DNA of 64,000 nt, taken from Methanobacteriota archaeon (GTDB lineage: Archaea > JAADCQ01 > Methanopyri > Methanopyrales > Methanopyraceae). Below are positions 49,883-60,219 of this stretch, piece after piece. Numbering within the stretch: the stretch's first letter is position 1; every line of letters begins with the position of its first letter. The notes beneath the pieces are model-generated. The model was not told where the DNA came from. It ran no database searches and was given only the letters and a program-made list of their open reading frames with translations. Location of the stretch: assembly GCA_027064425.1 (NCBI GenBank), contig JAMOPO010000027.1:96001-160000 (forward strand), given 5' to 3'. A program made the position numbers and the translations under genes.

Positions 49883-50848
49883 TTGACCCCTCCTAGGTCA
49901 ATGATCGCGCTGCTAATCGCCGGCCTGACGATCGCACTCGGCGCGTGGGTGACCGGAACGTCGTGTCAGGTCAAGCTAGGCCAGACGCCGGCCGAAGCGC
50001 AAGCCGCCGGAGCGCATGCGGCCGGCAGGGCCGCTGCCGGAGCCGCTGCAAAGGCGGCGGGAGCCGCCGCATCTCCGGGCAAGGGGGCCGGCGGTGGCGA
50101 CCCGTTCACCGTTGACAAGGCGGTGATCAAGGTAGAGGCGGCAGGTAAGGGCGCTAAGAAAGTGACGAAGGTCAAAGAGATCCCGAACGCGAAGGTGAAG
50201 GAGTGCAAGGTGTCAAGGAACCGGGCAACCGCCGTCATCGAGGCGCGCGACGTGCCGATCGGCGGGCTGCCGGTGGAGGTGGACCCGGGCTGGCCGTTCG
50301 ACATGGACGAGTGCTGGTACGAGCGGATTCAGGTGACCATGAGGCTGAGAGCGAACACGGACAACGCGGAGGAGACGGACTTCGCGGGAGTCGTGGCACT
50401 GATCAACGGCCGGGTGGTCTCCGCCGACCCGCGCCCGGATCGTGTAGAGGACGGTACCGTGATCTGGCGGGTAGCCATTCGGGACGGCAGGTTCGTGATC
50501 AATGGGAGGGAGGACGGCGCCTTTCCGAGGCTCGAGTACACGCTGGTCTACGGTAGGGGGGCCGGTGGCGGCGGTGGTGGGGTCAGTGGCAGGGGTGGAA
50601 GGGGCGTCGGCGGCGTTGGAGGCGCCGGTGCAGGTGGCGCCGGTGCGGGAGCCGCGGGTGCGGGGCCGGGTGCCGGTGGTCCGGGTGCCGGCGGAGCGGG
50701 GGCGGCTGCGGGTCCAGGGGTCGGAGGGGCCGGTGCCGGAGTACCGGTGGGCAAGTACCGGACCGGTGAGTCCCTGTTCCTGATCACGGCGGCCGTCATC
50801 GGGGCGCTCGTGGGCGCCTACCTCGTGTACAGGGGCCTCAGCAGGTGA
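49883..50848 (+). CDS. Secreted Gly/Ala-rich surface protein, putative sortase substrate
   Basis: N-terminal signal peptide, Gly-rich stalk, KYRTG + TM + basic tail; stop overlaps the sortase start. Confidence 0.75.
   Translation: MTPPRSMIALLIAGLTIALGAWVTGTSCQVKLGQTPAEAQAAGAHAAGRAAAGAAAKAAGAAASPGKGAGGGDPFTVDKAVIKVEAAGKGAKKVTKVKEIPNAKVKECKVSRNRATAVIEARDVPIGGLPVEVDPGWPFDMDECWYERIQVTMRLRANTDNAEETDFAGVVALINGRVVSADPRPDRVEDGTVIWRVAIRDGRFVINGREDGAFPRLEYTLVYGRGAGGGGGGVSGRGGRGVGGVGGAGAGGAGAGAAGAGPGAGGPGAGGAGAAAGPGVGGAGAGVPVGKYRTGESLFLITAAVIGALVGAYLVYRGLSR
50552..50740 (+). repeat. Low-complexity Gly/Ala/Pro (GAGG/GPGAG) coding repeat
   Basis: Recurrent GCCGGTG-type units encoding GAGGAGAGAAGAGPGAGGPGAGG. 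Confidence 0.7.
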
Positions 50849-51330
50849 GACCGCGGTACCTGGTGCCGGGGTTGCTCCTGCTGCTTCCGTCCACGGTTTA
50901 TTTGGGACATCTGCTGGCGCGGGAGCTCGCGTATTATCTGTACCATGAGTCCGTGTCCGTTCCCGGATGCGAGCTGATTATTCCGAAGCTGCACCTGCGA
51001 GAGCCCATCAACATGGTCTCTCCCGATTACGGGGTTTACTACGACACCGAGACGCCGGCGCCGGGTGAGCGCGGGGTCACGATCCTGTACGGGCATCGAA
51101 CGCTTTTCGGCTCTCCTTTCCGCAAAATAAATGAGCTCGACAAGGGTGACGTGGTCGTCGTGTACTGGTTCGGTACCAGGTACGTGTACAGGGTGTACGA
51201 GAAGCGCGTGGTGGCACCGGGGATTAAGGTGGACCCGTACTCGGTGCACCGTGACGAGCTTTGGCTGGTCACCTGCACGCCGCTGTGGACGGCGAGCTAC
51301 CGGCTGGTGGTGAAGTGCGTGCGGGTTTAG
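50845..51330 (+). CDS. Sortase
   Basis: N-terminal TM, LIIPKL, GHRT, LVTCTP and downstream Arg (His-Cys-Arg triad). Confidence 0.92.
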   Translation: MRPRYLVPGLLLLLPSTVYLGHLLARELAYYLYHESVSVPGCELIIPKLHLREPINMVSPDYGVYYDTETPAPGERGVTILYGHRTLFGSPFRKINELDKGDVVVVYWFGTRYVYRVYEKRVVAPGIKVDPYSVHRDELWLVTCTPLWTASYRLVVKCVRV

Positions 51331-53603
51331 CCGGTGGCGTCGCGGAGGATCTTGCGGACGAGCTCCTCGAGGACCTTGTTCCGGTGCGCTTCGACGAATG
51401 ATATGGACCCGGCGGTCTCGTGTCCGCCACCCTCCACGGCGGCCTCCGGGAGCTCCTCCTTCAGCTCCTCGACGATCTTGTTGAGGTTGATGTCCAGGTT
51501 CTCGGTGGCGCGGACCACGGCGAAGTCCGGGCCGTAGGCGATGGTGACGACCTTGGCGTCCTCGCCCTCCTCCTCGACCTTGAGGTCGTGGACGAGGCCG
51601 CAGGTCTTGCCGGGACCCGGGTACTCGAACTTGCGAGCGTAGCGCTCGACGTCGACGGTGACCACCTTGACGCCGTTGGACTCGTACTCCTTCACGCCGG
51701 AGAGCACGGCCTGCAGCTGCCGCTCGCAGGCGCGCTTGTGCTGCTCGTACAGGTTCTCGACGAGGCGGCGGTGCCGGACGTCGTTCCCGGTCGTGCCGAG
51801 GACGTCGTTCATGAGGTGGCGGCCCGGGGTGTGGCGGAGCTGGAAGGCCTGGTAGTCCACGCTGGCGGCGATCTTCTTCAGCCACTCCTTGTCGTAGCCG
51901 GCCTCCTCGGCGATCTCGAGGTACTGCTCGGCCTCCTCGGACTCGGCGTGGTCACCGATGCAGGCGACGGCGGGCAGGTGCTTGATGCGGTCCTCAACGT
52001 CGGGGTTGATCAGCCGGGCGATCTCGGTGGCCAGGATGCCCGCGGGGATGTTCTTGCCGTCGCCGCCCGCGGCGTAGGGGTTGATGTGGACGTCCACGTG
52101 GTCGTCGATCGGGAACTTCCTCAGCCCGTCGGCGCTCTCGCCTACGGGCTCGCCCGGGTAGTGGTGGTCGATGACGATGACGTCAATGCCGTAGGAGCGC
52201 ATCTCCTCTATGGCGGGTATGTCCTCCTCGGTGCAGCCGATGTCCAGTAGGACCAGCAGCGGCACCTGGTGGCCGTAGCGGTGGACGTCCTCGAGCGCGT
52301 GGTTGAGGTCCCGGGACGCGTCCTCCATCGTGTAAATCGGGGCCTTGTTCGGGAAGCGCTTGTAGAAGTGGTACTCCGCCTCGGGGTCGGGGTTGTTCTC
52401 TCGCAGGATGGGCAGGATGGCCTCCTCGAGTGCGATGCCGCCGGAGATACCGTCGGCGTCGGCGTGGTGTCGGATGAGCACGGGCCGGCCCTCGAGCACG
52501 GCCCGTTTGATCATCTTGGCCGCCTCTCGGATCCTCGGCCAGAGCCGCTCGAGGATCTCGCTCTCGACCATCGGGCCGACGTCCTCGGGCGGCTCGGCCT
52601 CGCGCTCGATGGCCTCGTCGATCGCGCGCTTGATCTCGACCTTCTCCGTGCCGACGAGCTTCTCCATGTCCAAGATCTCGACCTGGAGCTGGCCGTCGTG
52701 GGTGGTGACCTCACCGACGACCTGGACGTAGTCGCCGGCCTCGATGTCCGGGTAGGCCCGGATGCCCGGGCCCTCGAAGGCGGCCATCCAGATGCTGCCG
52801 GTCTCGTCGCGGAGGGTGAAGACGGTGGGGCCGGGCGTCTGCTGGACGTGGATGATCTTGCCCTTGAGCAGGACGGTCTCGCCGACCTTGGACTCGTCGA
52901 TGTCGCGCACGTAGGTCCGCTCGAGCTCCTTCTCGACGACCTCCTCCTCGTACTTCTCGGGTCGGTGGTCGATGCCCTCGATGGTGAAGTCGATCTCGCC
53001 CTCCTCGGGTCGCACGTCGATGACCTTCACGACGACCTCCTGGTCGATGGAGAAGTCCTGCGGCTCCTTGTCGCCCATGTCGCGCTTGTGGAGCAGTCCG
53101 AGGGTGCGGTCGTTCAGCTGGATGAACACGCCGTACTTCTCCACGCGGGTGACGCGGCCCTTGTACAGCTCGCCCACCTCGACGTCCTCGTACCCGCAGG
53201 CGGGTGACAGGACCTTGACCTTCGGCCGCTTCTTCTTCCGGATCTCCTTGATCTTCTCCCGGCACTCCTCGCACAGGTCCTCCTCAGCGTCCGGGTCCAG
53301 CTCCTTGCCGCACTCCCGACAGACGACGATGTGGCCGGTGCCCTGGCACCGGTCGCACTCCTCGTAGACCGTGATGACGCCCTCTCCCTGGCACTTGGGG
53401 CACGGTACCTCCCGCGAGCCGGCGAGGTCGTACCCCTCGACCGCGTGCTGGGCGGCGCCCTTGAAGTGCTCGCTGATGTCCACGTCTCCCACGTAGCCGG
53501 TGCCGCCGCACTCGGGACACTCCTTCCTGCCGGCCGGGATCTTACCCTTGCCGTCGCACTTCGGGCACTTCTTCTTCGGCAAGAAAAGGGCTCCCCTGAT
53601 CAC
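51327..53603 (-). CDS. Archaeal RecJ-like DHH exonuclease with DnaJ-type Zn fingers, S1 and OB domains (COG1107)
   Basis: CxxCxGxG repeats, S1 YGVFIQL, HHADADG, IDHH, GGGH. Confidence 0.9.
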   Translation of the reverse strand: MIRGALFLPKKKCPKCDGKGKIPAGRKECPECGGTGYVGDVDISEHFKGAAQHAVEGYDLAGSREVPCPKCQGEGVITVYEECDRCQGTGHIVVCRECGKELDPDAEEDLCEECREKIKEIRKKKRPKVKVLSPACGYEDVEVGELYKGRVTRVEKYGVFIQLNDRTLGLLHKRDMGDKEPQDFSIDQEVVVKVIDVRPEEGEIDFTIEGIDHRPEKYEEEVVEKELERTYVRDIDESKVGETVLLKGKIIHVQQTPGPTVFTLRDETGSIWMAAFEGPGIRAYPDIEAGDYVQVVGEVTTHDGQLQVEILDMEKLVGTEKVEIKRAIDEAIEREAEPPEDVGPMVESEILERLWPRIREAAKMIKRAVLEGRPVLIRHHADADGISGGIALEEAILPILRENNPDPEAEYHFYKRFPNKAPIYTMEDASRDLNHALEDVHRYGHQVPLLVLLDIGCTEEDIPAIEEMRSYGIDVIVIDHHYPGEPVGESADGLRKFPIDDHVDVHINPYAAGGDGKNIPAGILATEIARLINPDVEDRIKHLPAVACIGDHAESEEAEQYLEIAEEAGYDKEWLKKIAASVDYQAFQLRHTPGRHLMNDVLGTTGNDVRHRRLVENLYEQHKRACERQLQAVLSGVKEYESNGVKVVTVDVERYARKFEYPGPGKTCGLVHDLKVEEEGEDAKVVTIAYGPDFAVVRATENLDINLNKIVEELKEELPEAAVEGGGHETAGSISFVEAHRNKVLEELVRKILRDATG

Positions 53604-54787
53604 GTGGAGTAGGCGGAGACGACCTTCTCCACCGCCCTAACGACGTCCTCAAGGTCCTCGCGGGACAGGCCGGGGTGCACGGGGATGGACACGACGGTTC
53701 GGGCCGCGAGCTCGGAGCTGGGCAGGCTCGTGGCGTGGTACCCGCGCTTGCGGTAGACGGGCTGCCGGTGGAGCGGTTTCGGGTAGTGAACGGCGCAGTC
53801 GACGCCTTCGGCCCGGAGGGCCCGCGCGAACTCGTCCCGAGAGCACTCGAGCGCGTCGGGGTCGAGGCGCAGGGTGAACTGGTGGTAAACGTGTTTCGCC
53901 CAGGACTGCTCGCGCGGGAGCCGGATCGCGGGCTCGAGGTCGCTTAGCTCCTTGATGTAGAACTTGGCGTTCTCCCGGCGCCTGCGGTTGAACTCGTCCA
54001 GCTTCTTGAGCTGCTCCAGCCCGATCGCCGCGGCGATGTCGGTCATCCGGTAGTTGTAGCCCAGCTCCACGTGATCGTACCGCTCTCGCTCCCCGTGGGA
54101 GCGGAGCATCGCTGCGGCCTCCGCCAGGTCCTCGTCGTCCGTCGTGATCGCGCCCCCCTCACCCGTCGTTATGTTCTTCGTCGGGTAGAAGCTGAAGCAG
54201 CCCGCGTCGCCGAGGCCCCCCACCCGCTCGCCTCGGTACTCGGCCCCGTGGGCCTGCGCCGCGTCCTCGATCACGATCAGGTCGTGCTCCTCCGCGAGCT
54301 CGAGGATCGGGCGCATGTCCGCGGGGTGGCCGTACAGGTGCACCGGGATCACGGCGATGCGGCGCGGGGTAAGCCGGCGGTCTCGCTCCAGGTCCTTGAG
54401 GAGCTCTTCCAGGGAGGAGGGGTCCATGCAGTAGGTCTCCAGGTCGATGTCGACGAAGGCGACCTCGGCCCCGGCGTGGAGGGCGGCGTTGGCCGTCGCG
54501 ATAAACGTAAAAGCCGGCACGATCACGAGGTCGCCCGCGCCGATTCCGGCCGCCTCCAGCGCGAGATGTAGGGCGGTCGTGCCCGAGCTCGTCGCCACGC
54601 AGTGCTCGGTTCCCACGTACTCGGCGAAGCGCCGCTCAAACTCCTCCACCCGTGGACCCTGCGCCAGCTGTCCGGAGCGCAGCACCTCTTCCACGGCGCG
54701 TATCTCCTCCTCGCCGATCATGGGCTGCGCGATGGGGATCGTGTCCTTCCGTACCGGTTCACCGCCTTCGATGGCCAGCTTAGACAA
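53600..54787 (-). CDS. DegT/DnrJ/EryC1/StrS sugar aminotransferase
   Basis: SSGTTALH, EDAAQAHG, SFYPTKNITTGEGG, GYNYRM. Confidence 0.93.
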   Translation of the reverse strand: MSKLAIEGGEPVRKDTIPIAQPMIGEEEIRAVEEVLRSGQLAQGPRVEEFERRFAEYVGTEHCVATSSGTTALHLALEAAGIGAGDLVIVPAFTFIATANAALHAGAEVAFVDIDLETYCMDPSSLEELLKDLERDRRLTPRRIAVIPVHLYGHPADMRPILELAEEHDLIVIEDAAQAHGAEYRGERVGGLGDAGCFSFYPTKNITTGEGGAITTDDEDLAEAAAMLRSHGERERYDHVELGYNYRMTDIAAAIGLEQLKKLDEFNRRRRENAKFYIKELSDLEPAIRLPREQSWAKHVYHQFTLRLDPDALECSRDEFARALRAEGVDCAVHYPKPLHRQPVYRKRGYHATSLPSSELAARTVVSIPVHPGLSREDLEDVVRAVEKVVSAYST

Positions 54788-54813
54788 CCCGCCGCCCCCT
54801 GGGGGTTGACCCG

Positions 54814-55095
54814 ATGGCGGAGGTGAAGGTGAAGCGCGGCGTGATCGTGAACTACCGGATGGGGCGGCACACGCAGGACCCGAGGCAGTGCATAATAGAG
54901 TTTCAGGGTATTAACAGCAAGTCCGAGGCGGCGCAGCTGATCGGCAAGGAGGTGGTCTGGAGGCACCCGAAGACCGGTAAGGAGATCCGGGGTAAGATCG
55001 TGGACACGCACGGCAACAACGGCGCCGTTCGGGCCCGGTTCGAGCGGGGTCTCCCGGGCCAGGCCCTCGGGACGGAGGTCGAGCTGCGCGACTAA
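54814..55095 (+). CDS. rpl35ae: 50S ribosomal protein L35Ae
   Basis: YRMGRHTQ, GKIVDTHGNNGAVRARF..GLPGQALG. Confidence 0.96.
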   Translation: MAEVKVKRGVIVNYRMGRHTQDPRQCIIEFQGINSKSEAAQLIGKEVVWRHPKTGKEIRGKIVDTHGNNGAVRARFERGLPGQALGTEVELRD

Positions 55096-55112
55096 GGCCT
55101 CCGGGGCCGGCG

Positions 55113-56252
55113 ATGAAGGTCGAGAAGGTCCGGGAAGGACGGACGGTCCTCAAGGTTCCCCGCGTCCGCGGCCAGCCCTCCTCCCGCGACCCCGTGTTCT
55201 ACAACCCTCACATGCGCCTCAGCCGGGACCTAACGGTGGCCTCGGTGGGGCCCGCCAACCCGCGGGTCGTGTGCGACCCGCTGGCGGGCGTGGGAGCCCG
55301 CGGCATTCGGATCGCGGTGGAGCTGGACCCGGACACGGTCGTGCTCAACGACATCAACGAGCGCGCCGTCGAGCTGATCGAAGAGAACGTTCGGCTGAAC
55401 GGCGTCGAGGACGTCTGCCGGATCGAGAACCGGGACGCGAACGCGCTGATGTACGAGGACGAGCTGGCCGGCTCGTTCGACTACGTCGACCTGGACCCGT
55501 TCGGCACCCCCGTACCCTTCCTGGACGCGGCCGTCCGGACCCTGAGGAACCGCGGCCTCGTGGGCGTGTCCGCGACCGACGTCTCCGCCCTCGCGGGCCG
55601 TTACCCCCGGGCGGCGCGCCGCAAGTACTGGGTGGAGGTCGAGCGGGTCGAGTTCTACCAGGAGGTGGCCATCCGGGCCCTGATCTCGTACGTGGTGAGG
55701 ACGTGCGCGAAGTACGACCTGGCGTTCGAGCCGCTGGTCGCGTTCTTCCAGCGTCACCACGTGCGCGTGGTGGGCCGGGTGCGGCGCGGGGCGAAGCGCG
55801 CGGATCGGGCGCTGAGGCGGCTGGGGCACGTGGGCCACTGCCGGGAGTGCGGGTTTACGGACGTGGTCGAGCCGGGCGAGGATGAGTGCCCGGAGTGCGG
55901 GGAGGATCTTACCATCCTGGGTCCGCTCTGGGTGGACGACTTCGCCGATCGGTCCTGGGCTAAGCGGGCCGCGAAGGTGGCGGGCCGGCTGGAGCTCGAG
56001 CGGGCGAGGGAGCTTCTGGAAAGGCTGGCCGAGGAGCCTGGGACGCCGCCCTGGGCCTACGACATTCACCAGTGGGCGTCGCGGCTGGGCCTGGCCCGCG
56101 TCCCAAAGCTGAAAGATGTATTGGAGAGGCTCCGGGACGAGGGGTACCGAGCGCTGCGCCCCCATTACTCGACGAAAGCCGTGGTTAAGACGGACGCCAG
56201 CCCGATCGAGTTCCGGGAGCTGCTGCGCGAGCTGGGGGAGGAATCATGCTGA
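55113..56252 (+). CDS. trm1: tRNA (guanine26-N2)-dimethyltransferase
   Basis: VFYNP.M.LSRD, G.RGIR, DLDPFGTP.PF, SATD, Zn knuckle, KTDA. Confidence 0.94.
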   Translation: MKVEKVREGRTVLKVPRVRGQPSSRDPVFYNPHMRLSRDLTVASVGPANPRVVCDPLAGVGARGIRIAVELDPDTVVLNDINERAVELIEENVRLNGVEDVCRIENRDANALMYEDELAGSFDYVDLDPFGTPVPFLDAAVRTLRNRGLVGVSATDVSALAGRYPRAARRKYWVEVERVEFYQEVAIRALISYVVRTCAKYDLAFEPLVAFFQRHHVRVVGRVRRGAKRADRALRRLGHVGHCRECGFTDVVEPGEDECPECGEDLTILGPLWVDDFADRSWAKRAAKVAGRLELERARELLERLAEEPGTPPWAYDIHQWASRLGLARVPKLKDVLERLRDEGYRALRPHYSTKAVVKTDASPIEFRELLRELGEESC

Positions 56253-57229
56253 CGCAGGTGGCCCTGGACGTTACCTCGCTCTCTCGAGCGGTCGAGATCG
56301 CGGAGGAGTGCGCCGAGGCCGGCGTTCACCTCCTCGAGGCCGGCACCCCGCTCATCAAGTCCTGCGGCGTCCGAGCGGTGGAGGTCCTCGTCGAGCGCTT
56401 CCCGGAGCGCCCGGTGGTGGCGGACACGAAGACGATGGATACCGGAGCGTTGGAGGCGGAGCTCGTGGCGTCCCGTGGGGCCGGGGTCGGGTGCGTGCTG
56501 GGGGCGGCCCCGGAGGAGACGATCGAGTCGTTCGTGTCCAGGGTCCACGAGATGGGCGCGGGTGCGATGGTGGACACGATCGGGGTGCCCCCGGACACCG
56601 TGCTGGAGAAGCTGGAGCGCGTGTCGGCGTCGCCCGACTACCTGCTGGTTCACGCCGCCGTGGACGAGTCCACCACCGGTGAGCGGCTGCTAGAGGAGGC
56701 GGGGTTGGAGGACTGCCCGTACCGCACGGCCGTCGCCGGCGGCCTCACGCCCGAGAAGGTGGAGGGGCTGGACGGCGTCGACGCGGTGGTGGTGGGCGGG
56801 TACATCACGTCGTCCAGCGATCCGGGCCGCGCCGCGGAGGAGATCCTGGAGTCCGCGGGGGCCGAGCCGTACGACTTCCGACCGGACGAGCGGCAGCGCG
56901 AGGCCCTGCTGGGGATTCGGCGCAAGGAGCGCGTCGGGATCGTCGTGAGGGACCCGGACCGCGTGTCCGAGGTGCTCCGCGCGGCGGTGCGCTCGCTCCG
57001 GTGGGTTCGGCGGGAGGCGGACGTAGGCATCGTCGGGGACGACGAGCTCGGGCTCCTGCCGGAGGTCGTGGAGGGCGATGGTCGCGACCTGCTGATCGTC
57101 ATGAATGCCGAGGAGTTCGAGGGAGAGGAGCTCGAGCGGCTAACGCGCGACAGCCGGCGAGTCGTGCTGGTCTCCGAGGAGCACGTCCTGAAGGTCTACG
57201 GGGTGGCGGAGGAGGTCTACGAGGTGTAG
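56246..57229 (+). CDS. 3-hexulose-6-phosphate synthase-like protein with C-terminal extension
   Basis: [38 protein letters not shown]. Confidence 0.8.
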   Translation: MLTQVALDVTSLSRAVEIAEECAEAGVHLLEAGTPLIKSCGVRAVEVLVERFPERPVVADTKTMDTGALEAELVASRGAGVGCVLGAAPEETIESFVSRVHEMGAGAMVDTIGVPPDTVLEKLERVSASPDYLLVHAAVDESTTGERLLEEAGLEDCPYRTAVAGGLTPEKVEGLDGVDAVVVGGYITSSSDPGRAAEEILESAGAEPYDFRPDERQREALLGIRRKERVGIVVRDPDRVSEVLRAAVRSLRWVRREADVGIVGDDELGLLPEVVEGDGRDLLIVMNAEEFEGEELERLTRDSRRVVLVSEEHVLKVYGVAEEVYEV

Positions 57230-57240
57230 GGGGGCTCGCG

Positions 57241-58974
57241 TTGAGCGAGAAGGAGCGGGAGGACCGGGACCTGTACGAGCAGGTGATGGAGGTGGCCCGC
57301 CGGAGAGGGTTCATCCTGCCGGCCTTCCGCATCTACGGTGGGGCTCGAGGCTTCTACGACTACGGTCCGCTGGGCACGCTGCTGAAGCGGAAGATCGAGG
57401 AGAAGTGGCGCGAGTATTACGTGCACAAGGAGGGCTTCATGGAGATTGAGGCGCCCACGCTCCTCATCGGCGAGGTGTTCGAGGCGTCGGGCCACGTGGA
57501 GCACTTCATCGATCCGATGACGTACTGCAAGGAGTGCGGCGAGTTCTTCCGGGCGGACCACCTGGTGGAGGAGGAGCTGGGCATCGACGCGGAGGGACTG
57601 TCGGTCAAGGAGCTGGCGCGGCTGATCGAGGAGCACGAGCTGCGCTGCCCGGAGTGCGGCGGCGAGCTGGGCGAGGTGACGGAGTTCAACCTGATGTTCC
57701 GGACGAACATCGGGCCGAAGGAGGGCCGGGACGGGTACCTTCGGCCGGAGACGGCCCAGGCCATTTTCATCCAGTTCAAGGACCTGTACCGGTGGGCCCG
57801 GCAGAAGCTGCCGTTCGGCGTCGTGCAGATCGGTCGGGCGTACCGGAACGAGATCAGCCCGAGGCAGGGCGTGATCCGGCTCCGCGAGTTCACGCAGGCC
57901 GAGGCGGAGGTGTTCCTGGACCCGGAGGACAAGCGCTACCCGGGCAACGGGGACTACGAGCGGGAGAGGCTGCTCTTCTACCCGATCGAGGAGCAGCGGA
58001 AGGATGACGGCGAGATGCTCGAGATGCGCGTGGAGGAGGCGATCGAGGAGGGCATCGTCAGCCAGCCCATCGGCTACTTCCTGGGCCTCACGAAGCGGAT
58101 GCTGGTGGAGTTCGGTATCGACGAGGACGCGATTCGCGCGCGGCAGCACCTGCCGGAGGAGCGGGCGCACTACGCCAAGGACTGCTGGGACGTGGAGGTC
58201 AAGCTGGACCGGTTCGGGTGGGTGGAGGTCGTCGGCATCGCGGACCGTACGGACTACGACCTGCGGCACCACGCGGAGCACAGCGGTGAGGACCTCCGGG
58301 CGTTCGAGGAGCTGGACGAGCCCAAGCTGGTCTACCGCCCGGAGCCGATCATGGAGAAGCTGGGCCCGAAGTTCAAGTCGGACGCCCCGAAGATCGCGGA
58401 GGAGCTGAGGAAGATTAAGGCGGAGTCGAGGGAGGAGTTGGAGGGCGGTCTGACGGTCGAGGTGGACGGTGAGGAGGTCGAGGTGCCGCCGGACTGCTAC
58501 GAGATCGTGGAGGAGAAGATCACCGGGCGCCGGTTCTACCCGCACGTCGTCGAGCCCTCGTACGGTATCGACAGGATCCTGTACTGCGTGCTCGAGCACA
58601 ACTTCGACCCGGAGGAAGGAATGTTCCGGTTCCCCGCCTGGCTGGCGCCGATCGAGGTGGGCGTGTTCCCGCTGCTCAAGCGGGACGACATGGTGGAGTA
58701 CGCGAAGCGGGTCGCGCGGGAGCTGCGCGAGGAGGGGTTCACGGTGGAGTACGACGATTCGGGCTCGATCGGGCGGCGGTACGCCCGGGCCGACGAGATC
58801 GGTGTGCCGTACTGCGTGACCATCGACCACGACACGCTCGAGGACGACACGGTGACGATCCGGGACCGGGACACGACCGAGCAGGTCCGAGTGCACGTGG
58901 ATGAGCTGCCGGAGGTGCTCCGGAAACTCATCGACGGCGAGATCGAGTTCGAGGAGGCCGGCGAGCCCGTTTGA
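57241..58974 (+). CDS. glyS: Glycine--tRNA ligase
   Basis: [52 protein letters not shown]. Confidence 0.97.
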   Translation: MSEKEREDRDLYEQVMEVARRRGFILPAFRIYGGARGFYDYGPLGTLLKRKIEEKWREYYVHKEGFMEIEAPTLLIGEVFEASGHVEHFIDPMTYCKECGEFFRADHLVEEELGIDAEGLSVKELARLIEEHELRCPECGGELGEVTEFNLMFRTNIGPKEGRDGYLRPETAQAIFIQFKDLYRWARQKLPFGVVQIGRAYRNEISPRQGVIRLREFTQAEAEVFLDPEDKRYPGNGDYERERLLFYPIEEQRKDDGEMLEMRVEEAIEEGIVSQPIGYFLGLTKRMLVEFGIDEDAIRARQHLPEERAHYAKDCWDVEVKLDRFGWVEVVGIADRTDYDLRHHAEHSGEDLRAFEELDEPKLVYRPEPIMEKLGPKFKSDAPKIAEELRKIKAESREELEGGLTVEVDGEEVEVPPDCYEIVEEKITGRRFYPHVVEPSYGIDRILYCVLEHNFDPEEGMFRFPAWLAPIEVGVFPLLKRDDMVEYAKRVARELREEGFTVEYDDSGSIGRRYARADEIGVPYCVTIDHDTLEDDTVTIRDRDTTEQVRVHVDELPEVLRKLIDGEIEFEEAGEPV

Positions 58975-59368
58975 GCCACCCCGGGAGGCGGACCTCCCCC
59001 TCCGGTCCGTCGCAGTCGGGGATGTAGGGTTTCAGATCGATCACGGGGGATCCCTCCCGCGCGTCGATCCCTTCCACCTCCACCCTGCCCCGCTCGGCGT
59101 CCACGTCAACCAGCCGGCACAGCGTGAGGAGGACGGGGTTGGGCCGGTCGGGGCTGCGGCTGGCGAACACGCCCACGATCACGGGCGCCTCGCCGTGCAG
59201 CGGCCGCACCCGCGTCACCGACCGGTCGGACTCGTGCCCCCACCAGATCACCCAAACGTGGGAGAAGTCCTCTAGCCCCTCCAGGCACTCCCTATACTTT
59301 TCGTAAATCATCAGGACGGCCCGGTCTCCCCCGACCCTCGAGACCTCGCCGACGGGCCTGAGCCGCAC
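58928..59368 (-). CDS. TrmO/TsaA tRNA N6-methyltransferase family
   Basis: [35 protein letters not shown]. Confidence 0.9.
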   Translation of the reverse strand: MRLRPVGEVSRVGGDRAVLMIYEKYRECLEGLEDFSHVWVIWWGHESDRSVTRVRPLHGEAPVIVGVFASRSPDRPNPVLLTLCRLVDVDAERGRVEVEGIDAREGSPVIDLKPYIPDCDGPEGEVRLPGWLKRARRPPRTRSRRR

Positions 59369-59394
59369 CCGATTACCCCCTGGGGAGTGGAGCG

Positions 59395-60219
59395 GTGGCC
59401 CGGTACACGCACGTGATGGAGTGCCTGGGGCGAGTGCCGGTCCGGGTGGTCTGGGAGGACGGTGAGATCCGGGCCGAGGCGCGAGGCGACCCCATCATCG
59501 AGGAGTGCCCGCTGATGAGATCCCGGGAGGGGGTCGATCGGCTCACCCCGGAGGCGGCCGAGCGGCACGTCCTGCGCAAGGCCCGGGAGATCGGGATGTT
59601 CACGCCGGAGCGCCGACTGCGGTCGTGCCGACGGTACACGCCCTTCGGCGTCTCCGAGACCCTGATGGTGTGCCTGAGGTACGGGCTCGTCAACGCGGCG
59701 GTGGTGGTGTCGGACTGCCTGGGTACCGTGGTGACCGACCGGCCCTCCGTGGTGCAGGGGCTCGGGGGCGAGGTCTCCGGGATCGTGGAGACGGACCCGA
59801 TCCCGGAGGTGGTGGAGCGGGCGGAGCGGCTCGGGTGCACGGTGCTGGAGCGGATCGACCAGGTCGAGGGCGTGGAGGCGGCCCTCGAGGAGTTCGAGCC
59901 GCCCGTCGCCGTGACGGTGGCGGACCCGGATGAGGCGGTGCGGATTCGGGAGGAGTTCGGCCGGGACGTGCTCATCGCGGCCGTGCACACCTCGGGTCTC
60001 GACGAGCGGGACGCGGATCGGCTGCTGGACGCCTGCGACATCGTCACGGGCTGTCCCGCCGGGGCCGTTAAGGAGGCGTGCGACCGGTCCTTCCTGGTCA
60101 AGTCGGGCCGCAGCATCCCGGTCTACGGCGTGACCCCGATGGGCGCCGAGGCGCTGCTGCTCAACGCCCGGGAGCTGTCCGGTGAGGAGCCGATCCGCAT
60201 CCTGCGCGGGCGGGGGTGA
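59395..60219 (+). CDS. Methanogenesis marker protein 8 (DUF2099)
   Basis: HVME.LG, CPL, GMFT..R, FGVSE, VQG.GG..SG...T.PI.EV, IDQ..G. Confidence 0.85.
   Translation: MARYTHVMECLGRVPVRVVWEDGEIRAEARGDPIIEECPLMRSREGVDRLTPEAAERHVLRKAREIGMFTPERRLRSCRRYTPFGVSETLMVCLRYGLVNAAVVVSDCLGTVVTDRPSVVQGLGGEVSGIVETDPIPEVVERAERLGCTVLERIDQVEGVEAALEEFEPPVAVTVADPDEAVRIREEFGRDVLIAAVHTSGLDERDADRLLDACDIVTGCPAGAVKEACDRSFLVKSGRSIPVYGVTPMGAEALLLNARELSGEEPIRILRGRG

Noticed and set aside
50552-50740. CRISPR-like or tandem repeat
   Set aside because: Irregular Gly/Ala codon repeats inside a CDS with no spacers; no CRISPR array seen anywhere in the window
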